From: Candidatus Aminicenantes bacterium
Lineage (GTDB): Bacteria; Acidobacteriota; Aminicenantia; Aminicenantales; JAFGBC01
Direction of reading: 5' to 3'
Length of the DNA: 64,000 nt
NCBI GenBank assembly: GCA_963702005.1
Contig: OY969696.1
Span: 1,056,001 to 1,120,000, forward strand
The translations under genes were made by a program, and so were the position numbers. Positions 38,794-49,143 of this stretch are shown one piece after another. The notes under the pieces are model-generated. The model had not been told where the DNA came from. It did no database searches and saw only the letters and a program-made list of their open reading frames with translations. Every line of letters begins with the position of its first letter. The first letter of the stretch is position 1.

Positions 38794-39974
38794 AAGCTGC
38801 TTTTTTTGACTTCACGATCAATTTCGGGGGAGCTCCTCAGGGAACAGTATCGCTTGCCGGCCGGCTAGGGAGTTTCTCTGAAATTCATATAATTGATGTC
38901 TATGGATCCTGTGCCGAGTATATCCGTAAGATCAGGCAATCAAAACTGCTCCTCCATATCTTATACCCCGAAGGAAAAAGAGTTTTTATCGGCAACCAAG
39001 GCAAGCCGCTTAATAGGATTATTTCCATAATTGCGCAATTACATGATTTTTGGAAGATTCGAAAAAGACTGAAAAAAACTCTCAACGAAATACACCCAGA
39101 TCTTGTCTGGGTCAACAATGAAAAATCACTCGTCTTTCTATTGGGGCCGCTTCTTCTTTCAAAAATTCCAATAGTGCTTTATTATCGCGGGTGGGGGACG
39201 CGGGATCAAATTGGCTTCTTCTTCAGGTTCCTAATTAAATCCAGGGTGACTAGCGTCGCAGTTCATTCTAGAGAGACGGCAGCTAAGCTCATCTCTTACG
39301 GAATATCAGAGAGTAAAATATTTATTACGCCCAATGCGGTTAACATTTCAATAACTAGAGCAGAGGCGATTAAAAATCCTCCGGACATTCCCGGACTCGA
39401 TAAGCCCTTAAAAATATTGCTGCCCGCGGCTCGGCCGATTCTCGAAAAGGGACATCTTGTCGCCGTTAAGGCCCTAAGGAGGCTTCTCGATAAGGGTCTC
39501 GACCCCATTCTTTGGCTTCCTGGAATCATTCCGGTCGGCGTAAACGATGATTTTCTGGCTGGGCTTAAAGCTGAGATCTCGCACCTAGGGCTGGAGCCGT
39601 ATGTCCATTTTATTGGCTGGCGGGATGATATTCAGAAGATCATTGCCTGGTCTGATGTCGTTATCCTCCCGAGTCACACGGAAGGATTCCCTCGAGTGAT
39701 AATTGAAGCGATGCTTCTAGATGTTCCAGTCTGTGCGACGCCTGTCGGGGGAATTCCTGAAGCCATTACGGAAGGGAAGACAGGTTTTCTTATCGATATA
39801 GATGATGACAAGATGCTTGCAGATCGCATCGATCTCGTAACACGAGACAAAGACCTTAGAAAGCGTATTATTAGGGAGGCAAGAGCTATGGCCTCTGTCT
39901 TATTCAATCCCGATAAACAAGCGGAAGCAATCATGGATTATTTCAATAGGATTGCCTTTAGCAATGGCAGATGA
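38790..39974 (+). CDS. Glycosyltransferase family 4
   Basis: EKGH and PSHTEGFPRVIIEAM (EX7E) motifs. ATGA overlap with the wzy stop. Confidence 0.88.
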   Translation: MKAAFFDFTINFGGAPQGTVSLAGRLGSFSEIHIIDVYGSCAEYIRKIRQSKLLLHILYPEGKRVFIGNQGKPLNRIISIIAQLHDFWKIRKRLKKTLNEIHPDLVWVNNEKSLVFLLGPLLLSKIPIVLYYRGWGTRDQIGFFFRFLIKSRVTSVAVHSRETAAKLISYGISESKIFITPNAVNISITRAEAIKNPPDIPGLDKPLKILLPAARPILEKGHLVAVKALRRLLDKGLDPILWLPGIIPVGVNDDFLAGLKAEISHLGLEPYVHFIGWRDDIQKIIAWSDVVILPSHTEGFPRVIIEAMLLDVPVCATPVGGIPEAITEGKTGFLIDIDDDKMLADRIDLVTRDKDLRKRIIREARAMASVLFNPDKQAEAIMDYFNRIAFSNGR

Positions 39975-40869
39975 TAAGGCATCATCTCCACTTGTATCGA
40001 TTATGATGCCGGCGTATAATGCGCAGAAAACTATTGCTTTTGCCTTGGCTTCCCTGTTAGCGCAGACCTATCCAAACTGGGAATGCATCGTCGTTGATGA
40101 TGGTTCTATAGACGATACGATAAAGAAGGTTCAGTCTTTCCAAGATCCAAGAATTCATGTTGTAAAACTCGGCAAGAATCAGGGCAGGGGCGTTGCGCGG
40201 CAAAGGGCTCTCGAAGAGGTGCGAGGCGAGTTCATAGGAATGCTCGATGCTGATGATTGGATTTATCCAGACAAATTAGAGAAACAAGTAAGGGTGTTAT
40301 TAGATAATAAAGATGTTTCTCTTGTCAGTAGCGGCATGGCTATAATTGATTCTAGTAATAATCTTTGTGGCATTAGATGTTTAGGGAACGGGAAAAAACA
40401 GGTATATTCAAAACCGGGCAGAGTCCCGGTGGCTCATGCCCCTTCTATCTTTAGAAAAAAGGAGGTAGGGAGTATTTGTTATGATTTCCGCCTTAAGCTT
40501 TCTCAGGACGTTGATTTTTTACGGAACTACTTATTGGGACGGAAGTATTTGGTATTACCCTGCATAGGTTATGCTTACAGGGAAGTAGGACGTTCAAGAT
40601 TACAAAGGACGATAAAAGGATATTTTTTTAATATTTACGGCCTTACCAAATTTATTACTATGAGGCCGTTCTTGATTGGCATCGAGATAGTGAAAGAGTT
40701 ATGGAAAATATTGCTGACTGTTCTCATCAGCAGCCTTGGTCTTTTTAATTATCTTATTCAAAAGAGGTCTCGTCGGCCCTTCAATGTAGAAGAAAGTGAA
40801 TTCGGAATAGCAAGAAATAATATTGAAAAGCTAATTGAACGATATCATTTTGTAGATAACCAACGATAA
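39964..40869 (+). CDS. Glycosyltransferase family 2
   Basis: VSIMMPAYN, VDDGS and LDADD motifs. Confidence 0.88.
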   Translation: MADDKASSPLVSIMMPAYNAQKTIAFALASLLAQTYPNWECIVVDDGSIDDTIKKVQSFQDPRIHVVKLGKNQGRGVARQRALEEVRGEFIGMLDADDWIYPDKLEKQVRVLLDNKDVSLVSSGMAIIDSSNNLCGIRCLGNGKKQVYSKPGRVPVAHAPSIFRKKEVGSICYDFRLKLSQDVDFLRNYLLGRKYLVLPCIGYAYREVGRSRLQRTIKGYFFNIYGLTKFITMRPFLIGIEIVKELWKILLTVLISSLGLFNYLIQKRSRRPFNVEESEFGIARNNIEKLIERYHFVDNQR

Positions 40870-41004
40870 ATAAATTTCTGAATATTTCGTTATCGATACT
40901 TGATAAATGAAATTTTAGGTTGTTTTTAGAACGGTGATTATAATTAAACAAATAAAATATTCCGTTTTTTGAGCGGCAATTAATAAATAGTTGAAAAATG
41001 GGCC

Positions 41005-41853
41005 ATGAATAGACTAACTGCAAGACAACATTGGGATAAAATATGGAGCCGAAATGATATAAATAAAATATTAGCTGCTCAGAAAAGAAGATCAAGAATA
41101 AATAAAAAATGGCCTTTATTTTATTCATATTCGGATTATTTATTAGAAAATGTTGTTTTAGAAAAAATGTTACGTACTTTGAAAGGCGGCAGAGTATTGG
41201 AAGTGGGCAGTTCTCCTGGAACGTTTCTTGTGATGCTGAATAAGAGATTTTCATTAGTACCATACGGAGTCGAATATTCAGAGTCTGGTGTTACCCTAAA
41301 TAAAAAAATATTCTGTATCAATGGACTAAACCCAGAAAATATTATTTATGCGGATTTTTTTGCGGATGATTTTCATCTGAGATATAAAGAGAGTTTTGAT
41401 GTTGTAGTTTCTCGTGGTTTTATCGAGCATTTTACTAATACTAATCTTGTAATTGACATGCACCTTCATGTGCTTAAGGAAGGTGGAATTCTTATTGTGA
41501 GTATACCCAATTTGCATGTAAATAGCATTTACAGAAGATGGGCTAATCATTATGATCGTGAACGCCTAGTTACACATAATTTAGACATCATGTCTGAAGA
41601 TAAATTTTGCTGCATATTCAATAGGAGCGATTTGAAAATGTTGTTTTCTGGCTATTTTGGTACCTGCAGATTAAGTAACCTTGGAACAGCTAATTCAATA
41701 GGAACTAGAATAGTTATTTCTGCATGCCATAGAATCCAGAGATTTATTGATCCAATACTTCATTTGCTCTTTAGAAACAAAGGTTTTGAAGGGCCCAAAT
41801 TTAGCCCTATATTGCTATATGTTGGCCGTAAAAATAATAATATGGATAGATGA
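41005..41853 (+). CDS. Class I SAM-dependent methyltransferase
   Basis: VLEVGSSPG, FDVVVSRGFIEH and LKEGGILIVSIPN motifs. Very AT-rich. Confidence 0.82.
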   Translation: MNRLTARQHWDKIWSRNDINKILAAQKRRSRINKKWPLFYSYSDYLLENVVLEKMLRTLKGGRVLEVGSSPGTFLVMLNKRFSLVPYGVEYSESGVTLNKKIFCINGLNPENIIYADFFADDFHLRYKESFDVVVSRGFIEHFTNTNLVIDMHLHVLKEGGILIVSIPNLHVNSIYRRWANHYDRERLVTHNLDIMSEDKFCCIFNRSDLKMLFSGYFGTCRLSNLGTANSIGTRIVISACHRIQRFIDPILHLLFRNKGFEGPKFSPILLYVGRKNNNMDR

Positions 41854-41859
41854 TAAGCA

Positions 41860-42290
41860 TATTTTCTTGAAGAATTGGCTAATTTTAGGAGCTTTACATC
41901 CACCTGAACATGATGGCAAGGGACTTGCTTTGAATAAAGCTTATAAAGAGCCTTTAGAGTTTTAGGACGCGCGTTTCTCGGAAGAAGGCGCATGCAATTG
42001 CGAATGAGTACTCCTCGGACGCCACCGGTGGAGATTTTAATCTAATGATAACGGTCTAAGTACCAGGAGATTCGTTTCGGACCGATATGATAGTTTCTTC
42101 GAAGATAGAGGATCTTTTCCTCGATTGCTTGAGGGACTCTTCTTTTTAGATTTTGTGGGCATGGACTGGAATTAATGAGCGCCGTCTCTCCGAATGCTGC
42201 ATAAGCCCTTTTCCATTGATAATATATTTCCTTTGAGAATCCGAAGTATCTACAGGTTTTTGAGCAGTTTCTTTTGGCTATAGTCATCTT
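41860..42290 (-). mobile_element. IS481-family transposase relic
   Basis: SKTCRYFG...YYQWKR HTH and GPKRISWYL, then an in-frame TAG at 42042-42044. The same frame continues to VPCHHVQVDVK (first catalytic Asp) and then loses similarity. Confidence 0.75.
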
Positions 42291-42348
42291 AAGCTCCGAT
42301 TGATAAGGAAATGGCCATATCTGTCAACCGAAGTCAAGATTTTCAGAC

Positions 42349-43545
42349 ATGAGAGTCCTTCACGTAGTTAAAACAACGGACGGCGCCGCATGGGCTGCCG
42401 CTCAAGCCGCTGTGTTGTCGCATCTAGGAATCGAAGTGCATGTCGCATTACCTTTGGATAAGGGGATAGCAGTTGTTCGTTGGAAAGTTGCGGGCGCAAA
42501 GATTCATATTATTGATTGTAGCTTACCCGTTCTTTTTCCACAGCGCATTCCTTCTAGAGCAAAGACGATAAGGGAACTTATTTCGTCTGTCAAACCGGAT
42601 ATTATTCATAGTCATTTCGTTACGACGACAATTATGCTAAGGATTGCTTTGGGACGAAATCACTACATCCCTAGGATCTTTCAAGTCCCAGGCCCGCTAC
42701 ATTTAGAATATTTTATTCCTCGTTCTATAGAAATTAGTTTAGCCGGAACTGCTGACTGGTGGGTTCCCTCGAGCCGATTCGCTCTTCAACTTTATCGTAG
42801 CCACGGCGTTCCAAATGATCGTCTTTTCTTGTCTTATTATGGAGTGGATATTGACGCTTTAAAAAAATCTATTAGTAATAAGGAAATCAGGAAACACATC
42901 GATAGTTCACATAATATGGTTGTGGGAAATGTCAATTATATGTATCCGCCGAAATACTTATTAGGTCAGACTTTCGGGATCAAGCGACATGAGGATGTAA
43001 TAGATGCGCTAAGCATTGTTCTTAGTAAAAGAACTGACGTTATGGGCTTATTAGTTGGGGGGCAATGGGGAAAGGGCACGGCTTATGAAAAGGGGTTAAA
43101 ACAGCGAGCTATGCGAGTAGGTAACGGCCGGATTCTCATGCCAGGAAGGGTTAGCAACGATGAGGCTTTAGATTGGTGGAAGCAATTTACCTGCGTTGTA
43201 CACGTGCCGATATCAGAAAACTGTGGAGGGGTTGTGGAACCGTTGATATATGGGATTCCGGTAATAGCAAGCTATGTCGGCGGCTTGCCGGAAGTAATTA
43301 TTAATGGTGTCACTGGCTGGAGCGTTCCTCCGAAAAAGCCAGTTAAACTCGCAGAAACAATTTTATATGTCTTAGATAATTTATCTGAAGCTAGACATCG
43401 GGCAGACCGAGGGCGAGAACTTGTGAGCATCATGTTCGATGTCAATAGAACCGGCGAGGAAATAGCTAATTTATATTATCATATCTTATGCGGCTCATCC
43501 CTTCCAGAGATGTTAAATTCACACAATCAAATAAGGCATGTATAA
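42349..43545 (+). CDS. Glycosyltransferase family 4
   Basis: KPDIIHSH, KRHE and PVIASYVGGLPEVI..GVTG motifs. Confidence 0.85.
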   Translation: MRVLHVVKTTDGAAWAAAQAAVLSHLGIEVHVALPLDKGIAVVRWKVAGAKIHIIDCSLPVLFPQRIPSRAKTIRELISSVKPDIIHSHFVTTTIMLRIALGRNHYIPRIFQVPGPLHLEYFIPRSIEISLAGTADWWVPSSRFALQLYRSHGVPNDRLFLSYYGVDIDALKKSISNKEIRKHIDSSHNMVVGNVNYMYPPKYLLGQTFGIKRHEDVIDALSIVLSKRTDVMGLLVGGQWGKGTAYEKGLKQRAMRVGNGRILMPGRVSNDEALDWWKQFTCVVHVPISENCGGVVEPLIYGIPVIASYVGGLPEVIINGVTGWSVPPKKPVKLAETILYVLDNLSEARHRADRGRELVSIMFDVNRTGEEIANLYYHILCGSSLPEMLNSHNQIRHV

Positions 43546-44179
43546 TATTCTTATAAAAAAATGGATTGATAATTTCGTGTGTTTTTTGTGTTTTATTTTG
43601 TTCTCTCCACTATTCTACATAGCGGCCATTGTCGTTATTTTATTCATTGGCAGGCCGATCATTTTCACCCAGGACAGGCCGGGAAAAGGAGGAAAGCCGT
43701 TCAGATTGTATAAATTCCGTACCATGACCAATGAAAGAGATAAAAACGGGCGTTTATTACCTGACGAAAACCGGATTAATAAAATAGGCAAAGCGATTCG
43801 TTCGACTAGCCTCGATGAATTGCTGGAGCTGATCAACGTGATGAAGGGCGAGATGAGCCTAATCGGGCCGAGGCCGTTACTTATGGAATATCTCCCACTC
43901 TATACAAAAGAGCAATTCCGTCGGCATGAGGTTTTGCCGGGGATCACGGGATTGGCTCAAGTATCGGGGCGAAACGAGCTTTCCTGGGAGGAAAAGTTTA
44001 AGCTAGATGTCTGGTACGTCGATCATCAGAGCTTTTGGTTAGATATGAAGATTCTGTTCCGTAGTTTCGTCTATGTCATATCCAGAAAAGGCATTGGAGC
44101 TAATGGACACGCGACAATGCCGAAGTTCCAGGGAACAATTGAAGGAAGCCCATTTCCCAATAAATTTTCTGAGAGTTGA
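43538..44179 (+). CDS. pglC: Monotopic undecaprenyl-phosphate phosphoglycosyl transferase (PglC/EpsL-like)
   Basis: KFRTM, SLDEL, GEMSLIGPRP and PGITGLAQV.GRN motifs. Confidence 0.85.
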   Translation: MYNILIKKWIDNFVCFLCFILFSPLFYIAAIVVILFIGRPIIFTQDRPGKGGKPFRLYKFRTMTNERDKNGRLLPDENRINKIGKAIRSTSLDELLELINVMKGEMSLIGPRPLLMEYLPLYTKEQFRRHEVLPGITGLAQVSGRNELSWEEKFKLDVWYVDHQSFWLDMKILFRSFVYVISRKGIGANGHATMPKFQGTIEGSPFPNKFSES

Positions 44180-44183
44180 GATC

Positions 44184-44819
44184 ATGAAATCAAAATCAGT
44201 GGTGATTATCGGTGCCGGCGGGCATGCCAAGGTCGTAATAGATACCTTAACAAGCGCAGGATACAATGTTTCCGCAATCTATGATGATGATCCAAAGAAG
44301 CAGGGAACTCGTTTCCTCGACATTCCTATTCAAGGCCCAATTAATGAGGCATTCATAAAATCGAAAGGCTCAGAGCCTGCTGTAATCGGGATAGGTGATA
44401 ACTTAGTCCGCAAAAAAATCGCCGAGCGATTGCCGGGCATGAAATGGGCAACCGCCGTTCACCCGTATTCCTACGTGGCCTCCTCGGCAATAATAGGCCC
44501 CGGATCGGTGGTGTTTGCTGGGGCGATATTACAGCCCTATTGTGAAATTGGATCCCACTGCATCATCAATACGGGAGCCATGGTCGATCATGATTGCTTG
44601 ATCGGTGATTTCGTTCATATTGCGCCGGGGAACAGGATCGCCGGAAATGTTACTTTGGGCGCAGGTGTTTTTTTAGGAATCGGCTGTTCTGTAATTCCCG
44701 GCATTAAAGTAGGAGAGTGGACAGTGGTGGGGGCCGGGGCTGCGGTCGTCCGGGATATCCCTGCAAAAGTAACCGCGATTGGCGTTCCGGCCAGAGTAAC
44801 AAAGAGCCATGATAGATAA
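44184..44819 (+). CDS. pglD: UDP-amino-sugar N-acetyltransferase (PglD/NeuD family)
   Basis: IGAGGHAKV, GIGDN and NTGAMVDHDC motifs, hexapeptide repeats. Confidence 0.82.
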   Translation: MKSKSVVIIGAGGHAKVVIDTLTSAGYNVSAIYDDDPKKQGTRFLDIPIQGPINEAFIKSKGSEPAVIGIGDNLVRKKIAERLPGMKWATAVHPYSYVASSAIIGPGSVVFAGAILQPYCEIGSHCIINTGAMVDHDCLIGDFVHIAPGNRIAGNVTLGAGVFLGIGCSVIPGIKVGEWTVVGAGAAVVRDIPAKVTAIGVPARVTKSHDR

Positions 44820-45957
44820 GATAAAGCGGATCTATCTTTCTCCGCCTCACTTGGGGGGGCAAGAGGAGGACTTTGTCAAAGATGCCTTCGCGAGCAACTG
44901 GATCGCACCCTTGGGGCCTCAAGTGGACGCTTTCGAGAGGGAGGTTGCCCAAAAGGTGGGAGCCGCTGGAGCCCTCGCGCTGTCTTCTGGAACCGCGGCT
45001 ATGCACTTGGCGCTCAGGTATATCGGCATCGGGCCGGGGGACGTCGTTTTTTCTTCAAGCCTTACATTCATCGGGAGCTGCAACCCGGTCCTCTACCAGG
45101 GCGGAACCCTTGTCTTTATCGATTCGGAGCCAGGGACCTGGAACATGTCTCCGGCTGCACTGGCAAAAGCCGTTGCCGAGGCGGAGAAGACGAATAATCT
45201 TCCCAAAGCCGTTATAGTGACTAATCTTTACGGCCAGAGCGCGGATTATGACTCGATCAAGGCGGTCTGCGAACCAAAGGGCGTCCCGGTGATCGAGGAT
45301 GCGGCCGAATCGATTGGAGCGACCTATAGAGGGAAGAGTAGCGGGACGGCTGGAGATTTGGGAATATACTCCTTCAACGGGAATAAAATCCTGACGACCT
45401 CCGGGGGCGGGATGCTCGTGGCCCATGATGTTGAAGTCTTGGCCAAGGTCCGCTTTTGGGCCACCCAGGCGAGAGACCGCGCGCGGCATTATGAACACAG
45501 CGAGCTCGGTTACAACTACCGGATGAGCAATATCCTGGCCGCGATCGGCCGCGGGCAACTCCGGGTCCTGGAGGAAAGGATCAAGAGGAAAAAAGAGATC
45601 TATTCCTTCTATAAAAGCGCGCTTTCCGACATCGAGGAGATCTCGTTGATGCCGATCGCGGATTACGGCAAGCCGAATTATTGGCTCACGGTTATAACCA
45701 TCGCGGCTGGAAGCCGCATCCGGCCGGACGATATCATGAACTCTCTCGAGGCCGAGAATATAGAATCCCGGCCCGTCTGGAAGCCCATGCACCTTCAGCC
45801 GCTGTATAAAGAGAGTAAATACTTCGCCCACGATGGGAACGTGAGCGTGTCGGACGATATATTTTTCCGAGGTGTCTGCCTGCCGTCCGGGACGGCCTTG
45901 ACGGACCTCGAGCTTGGATATATCGTTGCTCTGATCAGGAAGGCCTTCGGGAAATAA
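44809..45957 (+). CDS. pglE: PLP-dependent UDP-4-keto-sugar aminotransferase (PglE/EpsN, DegT family)
   Basis: SNWIAPLGP, SSGTAAMH, EDAAES, SFNGNKILTTSGGG and GYNYRMSN motifs. Confidence 0.85.
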   Translation: MIDKIKRIYLSPPHLGGQEEDFVKDAFASNWIAPLGPQVDAFEREVAQKVGAAGALALSSGTAAMHLALRYIGIGPGDVVFSSSLTFIGSCNPVLYQGGTLVFIDSEPGTWNMSPAALAKAVAEAEKTNNLPKAVIVTNLYGQSADYDSIKAVCEPKGVPVIEDAAESIGATYRGKSSGTAGDLGIYSFNGNKILTTSGGGMLVAHDVEVLAKVRFWATQARDRARHYEHSELGYNYRMSNILAAIGRGQLRVLEERIKRKKEIYSFYKSALSDIEEISLMPIADYGKPNYWLTVITIAAGSRIRPDDIMNSLEAENIESRPVWKPMHLQPLYKESKYFAHDGNVSVSDDIFFRGVCLPSGTALTDLELGYIVALIRKAFGK

Positions 45958-45982
45958 TCAAAGGGGAGAGCAGGAGGGGGAG

Positions 45983-47860
45983 ATGAGGATCGACAAATAT
46001 TTGCTGACGAGAACCAATCAGCTCATCATCGATATCTTGATTTTCGGGATATCGTTCCTGGCGGCATTCCTGATTCGGTTCGAGGGATTTCCAAGTATTT
46101 ATCCGTTACATGGGCTGATCCTGATCTGTCCCTACGTCGTCCTGGCCAGGCTGATCCTTTTCGCCCTCTTCAGGGTCTATTCGATCACCTGGCGTTTTAT
46201 TTCCATCTACGACGCGCGCAAAATCGTCGGCGCCATCCTCCCCGGCACGGCTGCTATGCTTTTAGGCAGGATATTTATTCCGGGAAAAATCTCTTACCTG
46301 AAGCTTCCCTACGGCGTCATCACGATCGAATTCCTCCTTGTCGTCCTGGGGACTTTAGGCGTGAGGCTCCTTCGCCGGGTGACGCACGAGGCGTCGAGAC
46401 GTGAGCACTACGGGATGGAAAAAGGCCAGGGCTCAAAAGCGAGGGTGCTCCTGATCGGAGCGGGAGACGCCGGGAACATGGTGGCTAAAGAGCTGAACAC
46501 CCGGCTGGACCTGGGCTACAAGGTTGTCGGATTCGTGGACGACGATCCCGCCAAGTTCAACCAATCCATCCAGGGCGTCAAGGTCCTGGGCAGCACCTCC
46601 CGGCTTCCGGAATTGAGCCGGGAACACCAAGTCCAGGAAGCCATCATCACGATCGCCAACGCTACATCGAAGGACATCCGGCGGATCGTCGATATCTGCG
46701 GGGACACCGGGCTCAAGGTCAAGATTATTCCCGGCCTCTTCGAAATGCTGGACGACCGGATCCGGATCACCAAGATCAGGGAGATCGACATCAACGACCT
46801 TCTGGGCCGGAGCCAGGTGGATTTCAGCAATCATCAGGAGACGGTCCTGGAAAAGTATCGAGGGAAGCGCATCTTGATTACGGGCGCCGGGGGGTCGATC
46901 GGCTCCGAGCTCTGCCGCCAGCTCGTCAAGTTGTGGCCGCGCGAGCTCATTCTGGTCGATAAAGACGAAAACAGCATCTACGAGATCGACCGGGAGTTGG
47001 CCCTTCAGGAATCCGGGATCAGCGCCGCCCCCATCATCACCAACATCAAGAATTACGATAGGATGAAGCATCTCTTCAGCAAGTATCGTCCCGAGGTTGT
47101 CTTCCACGCGGCCGCCCACAAGCATGTGCCCCTGATGGAGCTGAACGTCAGCGAGGCCGTCCTCAACAATGTCGCGGGAACGAAGAACGTCGTCGAGCTG
47201 GCGATCGCCCATGGGGTGGAGAGGTTTGTCTACATCTCGACCGACAAGGCCATCAACCCGACGAGCGTCATGGGTGCGACCAAGCGGATCGGCGAGGTCC
47301 TGATCCAGGGGCTGGCCGCGGGCGGCGGGACCAAGTTCTCCTGCGTCCGGTTCGGAAACGTCATCGGGAGCCGGGGGAGTGTGGTGCCCCTCTTCCAGAA
47401 GCAGATCGACAGGGGCGGGCCGGTCACGATCACCCACCCGGACATCCGCCGCTATTTCATGTCCATCGCCGAGGCCGTCCAGCTCATCATCCAGGCCGGT
47501 ACGCTCGGGGACAAGGGCGAGATCTTCGTCCTCGACATGGGGAAGCCGATTAGGATCCTGGACCTGGCCAAGGACCTGATTCGCTTGTCCGGGTATTCCG
47601 AGAGCGACATCGAGATCAAGTTCGTGGGGCTCCGGCCGGGCGAAAAACTCTACGAGGAGACGCTCGTGGACGAGGAAAGGGACAAGGCGACCGAGTTCAG
47701 GAAAATATTCATTGCACCGCCGGCCGGACAAACCCCCGAGAAATTCGAGAGCCGGGTTGCGGAGCTATTCGCGGCCGCACAAGGTGGAAAAGACGAGGAA
47801 GTCATCCGCCGTTTGAAGGCGATGGACTTGGGCTACAATGGTGAAGCTCGGCCCCATTAG
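45983..47860 (+). CDS. pglF: Membrane-bound UDP-GlcNAc 4,6-dehydratase (PglF/CapD/WbpM)
   Basis: Four N-terminal TMs, GAGGSIGSE, HAAAHKHVP, STDKA, MGATK, RFGNV.GSRGSV and RPGEKLYEE motifs. Confidence 0.88.
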   Translation: MRIDKYLLTRTNQLIIDILIFGISFLAAFLIRFEGFPSIYPLHGLILICPYVVLARLILFALFRVYSITWRFISIYDARKIVGAILPGTAAMLLGRIFIPGKISYLKLPYGVITIEFLLVVLGTLGVRLLRRVTHEASRREHYGMEKGQGSKARVLLIGAGDAGNMVAKELNTRLDLGYKVVGFVDDDPAKFNQSIQGVKVLGSTSRLPELSREHQVQEAIITIANATSKDIRRIVDICGDTGLKVKIIPGLFEMLDDRIRITKIREIDINDLLGRSQVDFSNHQETVLEKYRGKRILITGAGGSIGSELCRQLVKLWPRELILVDKDENSIYEIDRELALQESGISAAPIITNIKNYDRMKHLFSKYRPEVVFHAAAHKHVPLMELNVSEAVLNNVAGTKNVVELAIAHGVERFVYISTDKAINPTSVMGATKRIGEVLIQGLAAGGGTKFSCVRFGNVIGSRGSVVPLFQKQIDRGGPVTITHPDIRRYFMSIAEAVQLIIQAGTLGDKGEIFVLDMGKPIRILDLAKDLIRLSGYSESDIEIKFVGLRPGEKLYEETLVDEERDKATEFRKIFIAPPAGQTPEKFESRVAELFAAAQGGKDEEVIRRLKAMDLGYNGEARPH

Positions 47861-47880
47861 CGGGTCGGTATCGGACTCAA

Positions 47881-49122
47881 ATGCGCAAGAAAAGAGCCGG
47901 ACTCATGCTTGTTGTCCTGGGCTTCGCCCTGCTTCCGGGCCGGCTTTATCCGATCACCTGGAAGGGCCTCGTGTTGAGGCAGCAGGCGCAGGCGGCTTCC
48001 TGGCGCTTCGGCCCGTTCCATATCCAACCCTCGCTCGTCATCAGGAACGCCGGCTACGATTCGAACGTCTATTACCGTCCGGACGCCGTGGCCGATTATT
48101 GGCTGACGGCCGGCCCCGCGTTCGATATTTTTCTTCCCGTTAAGAAGAAGATCCTATTCCAGGTCTATGCCTCGCCCCAGTACGTCTATTTCAAGGAGAC
48201 GGTCCGGGAGAGGACCTGGAATTACTATACGAACGGATGGGTCCATTTGCTGCTCAACAAGTTCCTGGTCTCGGCCGGGGCAGGCTGGAGCGATGCCCGC
48301 GAGCGGTTCAGCACCGAGATCGATATCCGCCCCAGGCGCCGGGTCGAGGATTTCCAGGCCTCCATTCTCTGGCAGAAATCCCGGAAATTCTCCTTCGCCC
48401 TGGCCGGTCGGAGCTCAACCCACCGCTACGAGAGCGTCGAGTATTCCGGCTTCAATATCAGCCAGCGTCTGGACAGGACCGAGCAAACGGCGAGCGCATT
48501 CATCTATTACCAGGCGACCTCGAAAATCAGGGCGTTCGCCGAGGGCGAGTACGGAACCTACGATTTCAGGGATCCGGCGAGTGGGCGGGATTCGGAAAGC
48601 CGGGCCGTCTACGGCGGCTTCGAGCTGTCGTCTTGGAGCCGGCTCCGGGGAACGGTGCGGTTCGGCTATAAGAAGTTCAGGACGCGGGACGCGGGCCTGC
48701 CGGACTTCGAGGGGTTTGTCGGAGAGGCGAGCCTCACCCTCAGAGTCCTTCGTGTGCTGAATGTTCGGTGCTCCTACCGCCGGGACGTAAGCTTTTCCAT
48801 CTGGTTCGAGAACCCGTTCTATATCGAGAAAAGTGCGGGGGGCGGCGCCTCGTTCTATATCATGAAGCGCAAAGTCCGCCTGGACTACGATTACAGCAAG
48901 GGACACAATAGCTATCCTCTCCCGGAGGGGATGACCGCGCCGGGCGCCGGGGTTTCTAAAAGGCTGGACGACATGACGGTCCATTCCGTCGGCCTTTATA
49001 TCAGGGTCCAGGAGGGCGTGGGCCTCGGGGTCACGGCCGGGCGGCTGAAGCGTTCGATCAATGTCCTTGGATGGACGGCGGACCGGGATTTCGTCGGGCT
49101 TAACCTGACATATGATTTTTGA
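47881..49122 (+). CDS. Polysaccharide-export-associated outer-membrane beta-barrel
   Basis: Signal peptide, GYDSNV motif, amphipathic strands and C-terminal LTYDF. Directly upstream of the OPX gene. Confidence 0.72.
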   Translation: MRKKRAGLMLVVLGFALLPGRLYPITWKGLVLRQQAQAASWRFGPFHIQPSLVIRNAGYDSNVYYRPDAVADYWLTAGPAFDIFLPVKKKILFQVYASPQYVYFKETVRERTWNYYTNGWVHLLLNKFLVSAGAGWSDARERFSTEIDIRPRRRVEDFQASILWQKSRKFSFALAGRSSTHRYESVEYSGFNISQRLDRTEQTASAFIYYQATSKIRAFAEGEYGTYDFRDPASGRDSESRAVYGGFELSSWSRLRGTVRFGYKKFRTRDAGLPDFEGFVGEASLTLRVLRVLNVRCSYRRDVSFSIWFENPFYIEKSAGGGASFYIMKRKVRLDYDYSKGHNSYPLPEGMTAPGAGVSKRLDDMTVHSVGLYIRVQEGVGLGVTAGRLKRSINVLGWTADRDFVGLNLTYDF

Positions 49123-49143
49123 CCCTAAATACATGCAAGGCAG

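Noticed and set aside
42042-42044. In-frame TAG in the transposase as programmed read-through or pyrrolysine
   Set aside because: The transposase is also truncated after the first catalytic Asp, so simple decay explains it.
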